This document shows, piece by piece, positions 49,801 to 61,319 of a DNA stretch of 64,000 nucleotides (positions are counted from its first letter, which is position 1; every line of letters begins with the position of its first letter). The notes beneath the pieces were generated by a model. It did no database searches. It had not been told where the DNA came from and saw only the letters and a list, made by a program, of their open reading frames with translations. A program made the position numbers and the translations under genes. Source of the DNA: Eledone cirrhosa. Its lineage: Eukaryota. The stretch is from contig OZ024743.1 of assembly GCA_964016885.1 (NCBI GenBank), positions 135,160,001-135,224,000 on the forward strand, read 5' to 3'.

Positions 49801-52550
49801 GCTTGGTGATTAGTGTTTGGTGCTTGGTGCTTGGAGTTTGGTGTTTGGTGCTTGGTGCTTGGTGCTTGGTATTTGGTGCTTGGTGCTTGGTGCTTGGTGA
49901 TTAGAGTTTGGTGCTTGGTGCTTGGTGTTTGGTGCTTGGTGCTTGGTGTTTGGTGTTTGGTACTTGGTGTTTGGTGCTTGGTGTTTGGTGTTTGCTGTTT
50001 GCTGTTTGTTGTTTGGTGTTTGGTGTTTGCTGTATGGTGTTTGCTGTTTCGTGTTTGGTCTTTGCTGTTTGGTGTTTAGTCTTTGGTGCTTGGTGTTTGG
50101 TGCTTGGTGCTTGGTGTTTGGTGTTTGGTTTTTGCTGTTTGGTGTCTACTTTTTGGTGTTTGGTGTTTGCTGTATGGTGTTTGCTGTTTCGTGTTTGGTG
50201 TTTGCTGTTTGGTGTTTGGTCTTTGGTGCTTGGTGTTTGGTGCTTGGTGCTTGGTTTTTGGTGTTTAGTGCTTGGTGCCTGGTGCTTGTTGTTTTGTGAT
50301 TGGTGCTTGGTGTTTGGTGCTTGGCGTTTGGTGTTTGGTGTTTGCCGTTTGGTGTTTGGTGCTTGGTGCTTGGTGCTTGGTGTTTGGTGCTTGGCGTTTG
50401 GTGCTTGGTGCTTGGTGTTTGGTGCCTGGTGCTTGTTGTTTGGTGCTTGGTGCTTGGTGTTTAGTGCTTGGTGTTTGGTGTTTGGTGCTTGGTGCTTGGT
50501 GTTTGGTGTTTGGTGCTTGGTGCATGGTGCTTGTTGTTTGGTGTTTGGTGCTTGGTGTTTGGTGCTTGGAGCTTGGTGCTTCGTGTTTGGTGCTTGGTGA
50601 TTGGTGCTTGGTGTTTGGTGCAGGGTGCTTGGTGTTTGGTGCTTGGTGTTTGGTGTTTGGTTTTTGATGCTTGGTGTTTGATGTTTGGTGCTTGGTGCTT
50701 GGTGTTTGGTGTTTGGTGCTTGGTGCATGGTGTTTGTACTTGGTGTTTGGTGCTTGGTGCTTGGTTCTTGGTGTTTGGTGCTTGGTGCTTGGTGCTTGGT
50801 GTTTGGTGCTTGGTGTTTGGTGCTTGGTGCTTGGTGTTTGGTGTTTGGTGTTTGGTGCTTGGTGCTTGGTGCTTGGTGTTTGGTGCTTGGTGCTTGGTGT
50901 TTGGTGCTTGGTGCTTGGTGTAAGGTGTTAGGTGTTTGGTGCTTGGTGCTTGGTGTTTGGTGCTTGGTGCTTGGTGTTTGGTGTTTGGTGCTTGCTGCTT
51001 GCTGCTTGGGGTTTGGTGCTTGGTGATTGGTGCTTGTTGTTTGGTGCTTGGTGCTTGGTGTTTGGTGTTTGGTGCTAGGTGCTTGGTGCTTGGTGCTTGG
51101 TGTTTGGTGCTTGGTGTTTGGTGCTTGGTACTTGGGGCTTGGTGTTTGGTGCTTGGTGCTTGGTGCTTGGTGTTTGGTGTTTGGTGTTTGGTGCTTGGTG
51201 CTTGGTGCTGGGTGGTTGGCGTTTGGTGATTGGTGCTTGGTGTTTGGTGCTTGGTGTTTGGTGCTTGGTGCTTGGTGCTTGGGGCTTGGTGTTTGGTGCT
51301 TGGTGCTTGGTGCCTGGTGCTTGGTGTTTGGTTTTTGGTGCTTGGTGTTTGGTCCTTGGTGCATGGTGCTGGGTGGTTGGCGTTTAGTGCTTGGTGCTTG
51401 GTGTTTGGTGGTTGGTGCTTGGTGTTTGGTGCTTGGTGCTTGGTGATTAGTGTTTGGTGCTTGGTGCTTGGGGTTTGGTGTTCAGTGCTTGGTGCTTGGT
51501 GTTTGGTGCTTGGTGTTTGCTGTTTGGTGTTTGGTGTTTGGTGTTTGCTGTTTGCTGTCTGCTTTTGGTGTTTGGTGTTTGCTGTATGGTGTTTGCTGTT
51601 TGGTGTTTGGTGTTTGGTGTTTGGTGTTTCCTGTTTGGTCTTTGGTCTTTGGTGCTTGGTGTTTGGTGCTTGGTGCTTGGTGCTTGTTGTTTGGTGATTG
51701 GTGCTTGGCGCTTGGTGTTTGGTGTTTGGTGTTTGGTGCTTGGTGTCTGGTGCTTGGTGTTTGGTGTTTGGTGTTTGGTGCTTGGTGCTTGGTGCTTGGT
51801 GTTCGGTGTTTGGTGTTTGGTGCTTGGTGCTTGGTGTTTGGTGCTTGGTGCTTGGTGCTTGGTGTTTGGTGCTGCATGCTTGGTGTTTGGTGTTTGGTGC
51901 TTGGTGCTTGGTGCTTGGTATTTGGTGCTTGGTGCTTGGTGCTTGGTGATTAGTGTTTGGTGCTTGGTGCTTGGGGTTTGGTGTTTGGTGCTTGGTGCTT
52001 GGTGTTTGGTGCTTGGTACTTGGTGTTTGGTGCTTGGTGTTTGGTGTTTGCTGTTTGCTGTTTGGTGTTTGGTGTTTGCTGTATGGTGTTTGCTGTTTCG
52101 TGTTTGGTCTTTGCTATTTGGTGTTTGGTCTTTGGTGTTTGGTGTTTGATGCTTGGTGCTTGGTGCTTGGTGTTTGATGCTTGGTGCTTGGTGTTTGGTG
52201 ATTGGTGCTTGGTGCTTGCTATTTGGTGTTTAGTGCTTGGTGCCTGGTGCTTGTTGTTTGGTGATTGGTGCTTGTTGTTTGGTGTTTGCTTTTTGCTGTT
52301 TGGTGTTTGGTGTTTGCCGTTTGGTGTTTAGTGCTTGGTGCTTGGTGCTTGGTGTTTGGTGCTTGGCGTTTGGTGCTTGGTGCTTGGTGTTTTGTGCCTG
52401 GTGCTTGTTGTTTGGTGCTTGTTGCTTGGTGTTTGGTGTTTGGTGTTTGGTGTTTAGTGCTTGGTGTTTGGTGCATTGTTCTTGGTGTTTGGTGTTTGGA
52501 GCTTGGTGTTTGGTGCTTGGAGCTTGGTGCTTCGTGTTTGGTGCTTGGTG
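43460..52550 (+). repeat. Tandem duplication, ~4.5-kb unit (offset 4582 then 4512)
   Basis: ORF pairs 43538/48120 and 44025/48607 (offset 4582); 45389/49901, 46938/51450 and 47725/52237 (offset 4512). A private 1-bp deletion GTCTGCTTTTGG is shared at ~47045/51557. Confidence 0.92.
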
Positions 52551-52949
52551 CTTGGTGCTTGGTGTTTGGTGCTTGGTGTTTGGTGCTTGGTGCTTGGTGC
52601 TTGGTGCTTGGTGCTTGGTGCTTGGTGTTTGGTGCTTGGTGTTTGGTGTTTGCTGCTTGGTGTTTGGTGCTTGGTGTTTGGTGTTTGCTGCTTGGTGTTT
52701 GGTGCTTGGTGCTTGGTGCTTGGTGTTAGGTGTTTGGTGCTTGGTGTTTGGTGCTTGGTGTTTGGTGTTTGCTGCTTGGTGTTTGGTGCTTGGTGCTTGG
52801 TGTTAGGTGTTTGGTGCTTGGTGTTTGGTGTTTTGTGCTTGGTGCTTGGTGCTTGGTGTTTGGTGCTTGGTGCTTGGTGTTTGGTGCTTGGTGCCTGGTG
52901 CTTGGTGTTTGGTGCTTCGTGCTTGGTGCTTGGTGTTTGGTGTTTGGTG

Positions 52950-55900
52950 CTTGGTGTTTGGTGCTTGGTGCTTGGTGTTTGATGCTTGGTGCTTGGTCTT
53001 TCGTGTTTGGTATTTGGTGCTTGGTGTTTGGTGCATGGTGCTTGGTGTTTGGTGCTTGGTGATTGGTGCTTGGTGTTTGGTGCTTGGTGCTTGGTGTTTG
53101 GTGTTTGGTGCTAGGTGCTTGGTGATTGGTGTTTGGTGCTTGGTGTTTGGTGCTTGGTACTTGGGGCTTGGTGTTTGGTGCTTGGTGCTAGGTGTTTGGT
53201 GTTTGGTATTTGGTGCTTGGTGTTTGGTGCATGGTGCTTGGTTTTTTGTGCTTGGTGATTGGTGCTTGGTGTTTGGTGCTTGGTGCTTGGTGTTTGGTGT
53301 TTGGTGCTAGGTGCTTGGTGCCTGGTGTTTGGTGCTTGGTGTTTGGTGCTTGGTACTTGGGGCTTGGTGTTTGGTGCTTGGTGCTTGGCGTTTGGTGCTT
53401 GGTGCTTGGTGTTTGGTGCCTGGTGCTTGTTGTTTGGTGCTTGGTGCTTGGTGTTTAGTGCTTGGTGTTTGGTGTTTGGTGCTTGGTGCTTGGTGTTTGG
53501 TGTTTGGTGCTTGGTGCATGGTGCTTGGTGTTTGGTGTTTGGTGCTTGGTGTTTGGTGCTTGGAGCTTGGTGCTTCGTGTTTGGTGCTTGGTGATTGGTG
53601 CTTGGTGTTTGGTGCAGGGTGCTTGGTGTTTGGTGCTTGGTGTTTGGTGTCTGGTTTTTGATGCTTGGTGTTTGATGCTTGGTGCTTGGTGCTTGGTGCT
53701 TGGTGTTTGGTGTTTGGTGCTTGGTGCATGGTGTTTGTACTTGGTGGTTGGTGCTTGGTGCTTGGTTCTTGGTGTTTGGTGCTTGGTGCTTGGTGCTTGG
53801 TGATTGGTGCTTGGTGTTTGGTGCTTGGTGCTTGGTGTTTGGTGTTTGGTGTTTGGTGCTTGGTGCTTGGTGCTTGGTGTTTGGTGCTTGGTGCTTGGTG
53901 TTTGGTGCTTGGTGCTTGGTGTAAGGTGTTAGGTGTTTGGTGCTTGGTGCTTGGTGTTCGGTGCTTGGTGCTTGGTGTTTGGTGTTTGGTGCTTGCTGCT
54001 TGCTGCTTGGGGTTTGGTGCTTGGTGATTGGTGCTTGTTGTTTGGTGCTTGGTGCTTGGTGTTTGGTGTTTGGTGCTAGGTGCTTGGTGCTTGGTGCTTG
54101 GTGTTTGGTGCTTGGTGTTTGGTGCTTGGTACTTGGGGCTTGGTGTTTGGTGCTTGGTGCTTGGTGCTTGGTGTTTGGTGTTTGGTGTTTGGTGCTTGGT
54201 GCTTGGTGCTGGGTGGTTGGCGTTTGGTGATTGGTGCTTGGTGTTTGGTGCTTGGTGTTTGGTGCTTGGTGCTTGGTGCTTGGGGCTTGGTGTTTGGTGC
54301 TTGGTGCTTGGTGCCTGGTGCTTGGTGTTTGGTTTTTGGTGCTTGGTGTTTGGTCCTTGGTGCTTGGTGCTGGGTGGTTGGCGTTTAGTGCTTGGTGCTT
54401 GGTGTTTGGTGGTTGGTGCTTGGTGTTTGGTGCTTGGTGCTTGGTGATTAGTGTTTGGTGCTTTGTGCTTGGGGTTTGGTGTTCAGTGCTTGGTGCTTGG
54501 TGTTTGGTGCTTGGTGTTTGCTGTTTGGTGTTTGGTGTTTGGTGTTTGCTGGTTGCTGTCTGCTTTTTGGTGTTTGGTGTTTGCTGTATGGTGTTTGCTG
54601 TTTGGTGTTTGGTGTTTGCTGTTTGGTGTTTGGTGTTTGGTGTTTGGTGTTTCCTGTTTGGTCTTTGGTCTTTGGTGCTTGGTGTTTGGTGCTTGGTGCT
54701 TGGTGCTTGTTGTTTGATGATTGGTGCTTGGCGCTTGGTGTTTGGTGTTTGGTGTTTGGTGCTTGGTGTCTGGTGCTTGGTGTTTGGTGTTTGGTGTTTG
54801 GTGCTTGGTGCTTGGTGCTTGGTGTTCGGTGTTTGGTGTTTGGTGCTTGGTGCTTGGTGTTTGGTGCTTGGTGCTTGGTGCTTGGTGTTTGGTGCTGCAT
54901 GCTTGGTGTTTGGTGTTTGGTGCTTGGTGCTTGGTGCTTGGTATTTGGTGCTTGGTGCTTGGTGCTTGGTGATTAGTGTTTGGTACTTGGTGCTTGGGGT
55001 TTGGTGTTTGGTGCTTGGTGCTTGGTGTTTGGTGCTTGGTACTTGGTGTTTGGTGCTTGGTGCTTGGTGTTTGCTGTTTGCTGTTTGGTGTTTGGTGTTT
55101 GCTGTATGGTGTTTGCTGTTTCGTGTTTGGTCTTTGCTATTTGGTGTTTGGTCTTTGGTGTTTGGTGTTTGATGCTTGGTGCTTGGTGCTTGGTGTTTGA
55201 TGCTTGGTGCTTGGTGTTTGGTGATTGGTGCTTGGTGCTTGCTGTTTGGTGTTTAGTGCTTGGTGCCTGGTGCTTGTTGTTTGGTGATTGGTGCTTGTTG
55301 TTTTGTGTTTGCTTTTTGTGTTTGGTGTTTGGTGTTTGCCATTTGGTGTTTAGTGCTTGGTGCTTGGTGCTTGGTGTTTGGTGCTTGGCGTTTGGTGCTT
55401 GGTGCTTGGTGTTTGGTGCCTGGTGCTTGTTGTTTGGTGCTTGTTGCTTGGTGTTTGGTGTTTGGTGTTTGGTGTTTAGTGCTTGGTGTTTGGTGCATTG
55501 TTCTTGGTGTTTGGTGTTTGGAGCTTGGTGTTTGGTGCTTGGAGCTTGGTGCTTCGTGTTTGGTGCTTGGTGCTTGGTGCTTGGTGTTTGGTGCATGGTG
55601 TTTGGTGCTTGGTGCTTGGTGCTTGGTGCTTGGTGCTTGGTGCTTGGTGTTTGGTGTTTGCTGCTTGGTGTTTGGTGCTTGGTGCTTGGTGCTTGGTGTT
55701 AGGTGTTTGGTGCTTGGTGTTTGGTGCTTGGTGTTTGGTGTTTGCTGCTTGGTGTTTGGTGCTTGGTGCTTGGTGTTAGGTGTTTGGTGCTTGGTGTTTG
55801 GTGTTTTGTGCTTGGTGCTTGGTGCTTGGTGTTTGGTGCTTGGTGCTTGGTGTTTGGTGCTTGGTGCCTGGTGCTTGGTGTTTGGTGCTTCGTGCTTGGT

Positions 55901-58900
55901 GCTTGGTGTTTGGTGTTTGGTGCTTGGTGTTTGGTGCTTGGTGCTTGGTGTTTGATGCTTGGTGCTTGGTGTTTCGTGTTTGGTATTTGGTGTTTGGTGT
56001 TTGGTGCATGGTGCTTGGTGTTTGGTGCTTGGTGATTGGTGCTTGGTGTTTGGTGCTTGGTGCTTGGTGTTTGGTGCTTGGTGCTTGGTGTTTGATGCTT
56101 GGTGCTTGGTCTTTCGTGTTTGGTATTTGGTGCTTGGTGTTTGGTGCATGGTGCTTGGTGTTTGGTGCTTGGTGATTGGTGCTTGGTGTTTGGTGCTTGG
56201 TGCTTGGTGTTTGGTGTTTGGTGCTAGGTGCTTGGTGATTGGTGTTTGGTGCTTGGTGTTTGGTGCTTGGTACTTGGGGCTTGGTGTTTGGTGCTTGGTG
56301 CTAGGTGTTTGGTGTTTGGTATTTGGTGCTTGGTGTTTGGTGCATGGTGCTTGGTTTTTTGTGCTTGGTGATTGGTGCTTGGTGTTTGGTGCTTGGTGCT
56401 TGGTGTTTGGTGTTTGGTGCTAGGTGCTTGGTGCCTGGTGTTTGGTGCTTGGTGTTTGGTGCTTGGTACTTGGGGCTTGGTGTTTGGTGCTTGGTGCTTG
56501 GCGTTTGGTGCTTGGTGCTTGGTGTTTGGTGCCTGGTGCTTGTTGTTTGGTGCTTGGTGCTTGGTGTTTAGTGCTTGGTGTTTGGTGTTTGGTGCTTGGT
56601 GCTTGGTGTTTGGTGTTTGGTGCTTGGTGCATGGTGCTTGGTGTTTGGTGTTTGGTGCTTGGTGTTTGGTGCTTGGAGCTTGGTGCTTCGTGTTTGGTGC
56701 TTGGTGATTGGTGCTTGGTGTTTGGTGCAGGGTGCTTGGTGTTTGGTGCTTGGTGTTTGGTGTCTGGTTTTTGATGCTTGGTGTTTGATGCTTGGTGCTT
56801 GGTGCTTGGTGCTTGGTGTTTGGTGTTTGGTGCTTGGTGCATGGTGTTTGTACTTGGTGTTTGGTGCTTGGTGCTTGGTTCTTGGTGTTTGGTGCTTGGT
56901 GCTTGGTGCTTGGTGATTGGTGCTTGGTGTTTGGTGCTTGGTGCTTGGTGTTTGGTGTTTGGTGTTTGGTGCTTGGTGCTTGGTGCTTGGTGTTTGGTGC
57001 TTGGTGCTTGGTGTTTGGTGCTTGGTGCTTGGTGTAAGGTGTTAGGTGTTTGGTGCTTGGTGCTTGGTGTTCGGTGCTTGGTGCTTGGTGTTTGGTGTTT
57101 GGTGCTTGCTGCTTGCTGCTTGGGGTTTGGTGCTTGGTGATTGGTGCTTGTTGTTTGGTGCTTGGTGCTTGGTGTTTGGTGTTTGGTGCTAGGTGCTTGG
57201 TGCTTGGTGCTTGGTGTTTGGTGCTTGGTGTTTGGTGCTTGGTACTTGGGGCTTGGTGTTTGGTGCTTGGTGCTTGGTGCTTGGTGTTTGGTGTTTGGTG
57301 TTTGGTGCTTGGTGCTTGGTGCTGGGTGGTTGGCGTTTGGTGATTGGTGCTTGGTGTTTGGTGCTTGGTGTTTGGTGCTTGGTGCTTGGTGCTTGGGGCT
57401 TGGTGTTTGGTGCTTGGTGCTTGGTGCCTGGTGCTTGGTGTTTGGTTTTTGGTGCTTGGTGTTTGGTCCTTGGTGCTTGGTGCTGGGTGGTTGGCGTTTA
57501 GTGCTTGGTGCTTGGTGTTTGGTGGTTGGTGCTTGGTGTTTGGTGCTTGGTGCTTGGTGATTAGTGTTTGGTGCTTTGTGCTTGGGGTTTGGTGTTCAGT
57601 GCTTGGTGCTTGGTGTTTGGTGCTTGGTGTTTGCTGTTTGGTGTTTGGTGTTTGGTGTTTGCTGGTTGCTGTCTGCTTTTTGGTGTTTGGTGTTTGCTGT
57701 ATGGTGTTTGCTGTTTGGTGTTTGGTGTTTGCTGTTTGGTGTTTGGTGTTTGGTGTTTGGTGTTTCCTGTTTGGTCTTTGGTCTTTGGTGCTTGGTGTTT
57801 GGTGCTTGGTGCTTGGTGCTTGTTGTTTGATGATTGGTGCTTGGCGCTTGGTGTTTGGTGTTTGGTGTTTGGTGCTTGGTGTCTGGTGCTTGGTGTTTGG
57901 TGTTTGGTGTTTGGTGCTTGGTGCTTGGTGCTTGGTGTTCGGTGTTTGGTGTTTGGTGCTTGGTGCTTGGTGTTTGGTGCTTGGTGCTTGGTGCTTGGTG
58001 TTTGGTGCTGCATGCTTGGTGTTTGGTGTTTGGTGCTTGGTGCTTGGTGCTTGGTATTTGGTGCTTGGTGCTTGGTGCTTGGTGATTAGTGTTTGGTACT
58101 TGGTGCTTGGGGTTTGGTGTTTGGTGCTTGGTGCTTGGTGTTTGGTGCTTGGTACTTGGTGTTTGGTGCTTGGTGCTTGGTGTTTGCTGTTTGCTGTTTG
58201 GTGTTTGGTGTTTGCTGTATGGTGTTTGCTGTTTCGTGTTTGGTCTTTGCTATTTGGTGTTTGGTCTTTGGTGTTTGGTGTTTGATGCTTGGTGCTTGGT
58301 GCTTGGTGTTTGATGCTTGGTGCTTGGTGTTTGGTGATTGGTGCTTGGTGCTTGCTGTTTGGTGTTTAGTGCTTGGTGCCTGGTGCTTGTTGTTTGGTGA
58401 TTGGTGCTTGTTGTTTTGTGTTTGCTTTTTGTGTTTGGTGTTTGGTGTTTGCCATTTGGTGTTTAGTGCTTGGTGCTTGGTGCTTGGTGTTTGGTGCTTG
58501 GCGTTTGGTGCTTGGTGCTTGGTGTTTGGTGCCTGGTGCTTGTTGTTTGGTGCTTGTTGCTTGGTGTTTGGTGTTTGGTGTTTGGTGTTTAGTGCTTGGT
58601 GTTTGGTGCATTGTTCTTGGTGTTTGGTGTTTGGAGCTTGGTGTTTGGTGCTTGGAGCTTGGTGCTTCGTGTTTGGTGCTTGGTGCTTGGTGCTTGGTGT
58701 TTGGTGCATGGTGTTTGGTGCTTGGTGCTTGGTGCTTGGTGCTTGGTGCTTGGTGCTTGGTGTTTGGTGTTTGCTGCTTGGTGTTTGGTGCTTGGTGCTT
58801 GGTGCTTGGTGTTAGGTGTTTGGTGCTTGGTGTTTGGTGCTTGGTGTTTGGTGTTTGCTGCTTGGTGTTTGGTGCTTGGTGCTTGGTGTTAGGTGTTTGG

Positions 58901-59185
58901 TGCTTGGTGTTTGGTGTTTTGTGCTTGGTGCTTGGTGCTTGGTGTTTGGTGCTTGGTGCTTGGTGTTTGGTGCTTGGTGCCTGGTGCTTGGTGTTTGGTG
59001 CTTCGTGCTTGGTGCTTGGTGTTTGGTGTTTGGTGCTTGGTGTTTGGTGCTTGGTGCTTGGTGTTTGATGCTTGGTGCTTGGTGTTTCGTGTTTGGTATT
59101 TGGTGTTTGGTGTTTGGTGCATGGTGCTTGGTGTTTGGTGCTTGGTGATTGGTGCTTGGTGTTTGGTGCTTGGTGCTTGGTGTTT
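52950..59185 (+). repeat. Tandem duplication, 3113-bp unit, near-identical copies
   Basis: ORF pairs 53192/56305, 54231/57344, 55260/58373 and 55776/58889 are all offset by 3113. Private markers GGTCTTTCGTG (52995/56108), GCTGGTTGCT (54548/57661) and TTGATGATTGG (~54714/57827) are shared. Confidence 0.93.
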
Positions 59186-61319
59186 GGTGTTTGGTGCTAG
59201 GTGCTTGGTGATTGGTGCTTGGTGCTTGGTGTTTGGTGCTTGGTACTTGGGGCTTGGTGTTTGGTGCTTGGTGCTAGGTGTTTGGTGTTTGGTATTTGGT
59301 GCTTGGTGTTTGGTGCATGGTGCTTGGTGTTTGGTGCTTGGTGATTGGTGCTTGGTGTTTGGTGCTTGGTGCTTGGTGTTTGGTGTTTGGTGCTAGGTGC
59401 TTGGTGCCTGGTGTTTGGTGCTTGGTGTTTGGTGCTGGGTACTTGGGGCTTGGTGTTTGGTGCTTGGTGCTTGGTGTTTGGTGTTTGGTGTTTGGTGCTT
59501 GGTACTTGGTGCTGGGTGGTTGGCATTTGGTGCTTGGTGCTTGGTGTTTGGTGCTTGGTGCTTGGTGTTTGGTGCTTGGTGCTTGGTGTTTGGGGCTTGG
59601 TGTTTGGTGCTTGGTGCTTGGTGTTTGGTGCTTGGTGCTTGGTGCTGGGTGGTTGGCGTTTGGTGCTTGGTGCTTGGTGCTTGGTGTTTGTCGCTTGGTG
59701 CTTGGTGCTTGGTGTTTGGTGCTTGGTGTTTGGTGTTTGGTGCTTGGTGCTTGGTGTTTGGTGCTTGGTACTTGGTGTTTGGTGATTGGTGCTTGGTGTT
59801 TGGTGTTTGGTGTTTGCTGTTTGCTGTCTGCTTTTTGGTGTTTGCTGTTTGCTGTATGGTGTTTGCTGTTTCGTGTTTGGTGTTTCCTGTTTGGTGTTTG
59901 GTGTTTGGTGTTTCCTGTTTGGTCTTTGGTCTTTGGTGATTGGTGTTTGGTGCTTGGTGCTTGGTGTTTGGTGTTTGGTGCTTGGTGCTTGGTGTTTGGT
60001 GTTTGGTGCTTGGTGCTTGTTGTTTGGTGATTGGTGCTTGGTGCTTGGTGTCTGGTGCCTGGTGTTTGGTGTTTGGTGTTTGGTGCTTGGTGCTTGTTGT
60101 TTGGTGATTGGTGCTTGGTGCTTGGTGTCTGGTGCTTGGTGTTTGGTGTTTGGTGCTTGGTGCTTGGTGCTTGGTGTTTTGTGTTTGGTGCTTGGTGCTT
60201 GGTGCCTGGTTCTTGGTGCTTGGTGCTTGTTGTGTGGTGCTTGGTGATTAATGTTTGGTGCTTGGTGCTTGGGATTTGCTGTTTGGTGCTTGGTGCTTAG
60301 TGTTTGGTGCTTGGTGTTTGGTGTTTCGTATTTGGTGTTTGGTGCTTGGTTTCTGGTGTTTGGTGTTTGGTGTTTGGTGCTTGGTGCTTGGTGTTTGGGT
60401 TTTGGGGCTTGGTGCTTGGTGTTTGTTGTTTGGTGCTTGGTGTTTGGTGTTTGGTGCTTGGTGTTTGGTGCTTGGTGCTTGGTGCTTGGTGTTTGGTGCT
60501 GGGTGCTTGATGATTGTGCTTGGTGCTTGGTGCTTGGTGCTTGGTGTTTGGTGTTTGGTGTTTGGTGTTTGATGCTTGGTGTTTGATACTTGTTGCTTGG
60601 TGCTTGGTGTTTTGTGTTTGGTGTTTGGTTCTTGGTGTATGTACTTGGTGCTTGGTGCTTGGTGTTTGGTGCTTGGTTCTTGGTGTTTGGAGATTGGTGC
60701 TTGGTGCTTGGTGTTTGGTGTTTAGTGCTTGGTGTTTGGTACTTGGTGCTTGGTGTTTGGTGTTTGGTGCTTGGTGTTTGGTGCTTGGTGCTTGGTGCTT
60801 GGTGTTTGGTGCATGGTGCTTGGTGTTTGGTGCTTGGTGCTGGTGTTTGGTGTTTGGTGTTTGGTGCTGGGTGTTTGGTGCTTGGTGTTCGGTGCTTTGT
60901 GCTAGGTGCTTGGTGCTTGGTGTTTGATGTTTGGTCCTTGGTGCTTGGTGTTTGGTGTTTTGTGCTTGGTGCTTGGTGCTTGGTGTTTGGTGCTTGGTGC
61001 TTCGTGCTTGGTGTTTGGCGTTTGCTGTTTGCTGTTTGGTGTTTGGTGTTTGCTGTTTGATGTTTGCTGTTTTGTGTTTGGTGTTTGGTGCTTGCTGTTT
61101 GGTGCTTGGTGCTTGGTGTTTGGTGTTTGGTGTTTGGTGCTTGGTGCTTGGTTTTTGGTGCTTGGTGCTTGGTGCTGGGTGTTTGGTGCTTGGTGCTTGG
61201 TGTTTGGTCCTTGGTGCTTGGTGCTTGGTCTTTGGTGCTTGGGGTTTGGTGTTTGGTGCTTGGTGCTTGGTGTTTGGTGCTTGGTGCTTAGTGCTTGGTG
61301 ATTGGTGCTTGGTGCTTGG

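Noticed and set aside
1131-57050. TTAGG pentamers as insect- or vertebrate-type telomere repeats
   Set aside because: They are isolated single-base variants (TAGGTGT monomers), never tandem TTAGG or TTAGGG.
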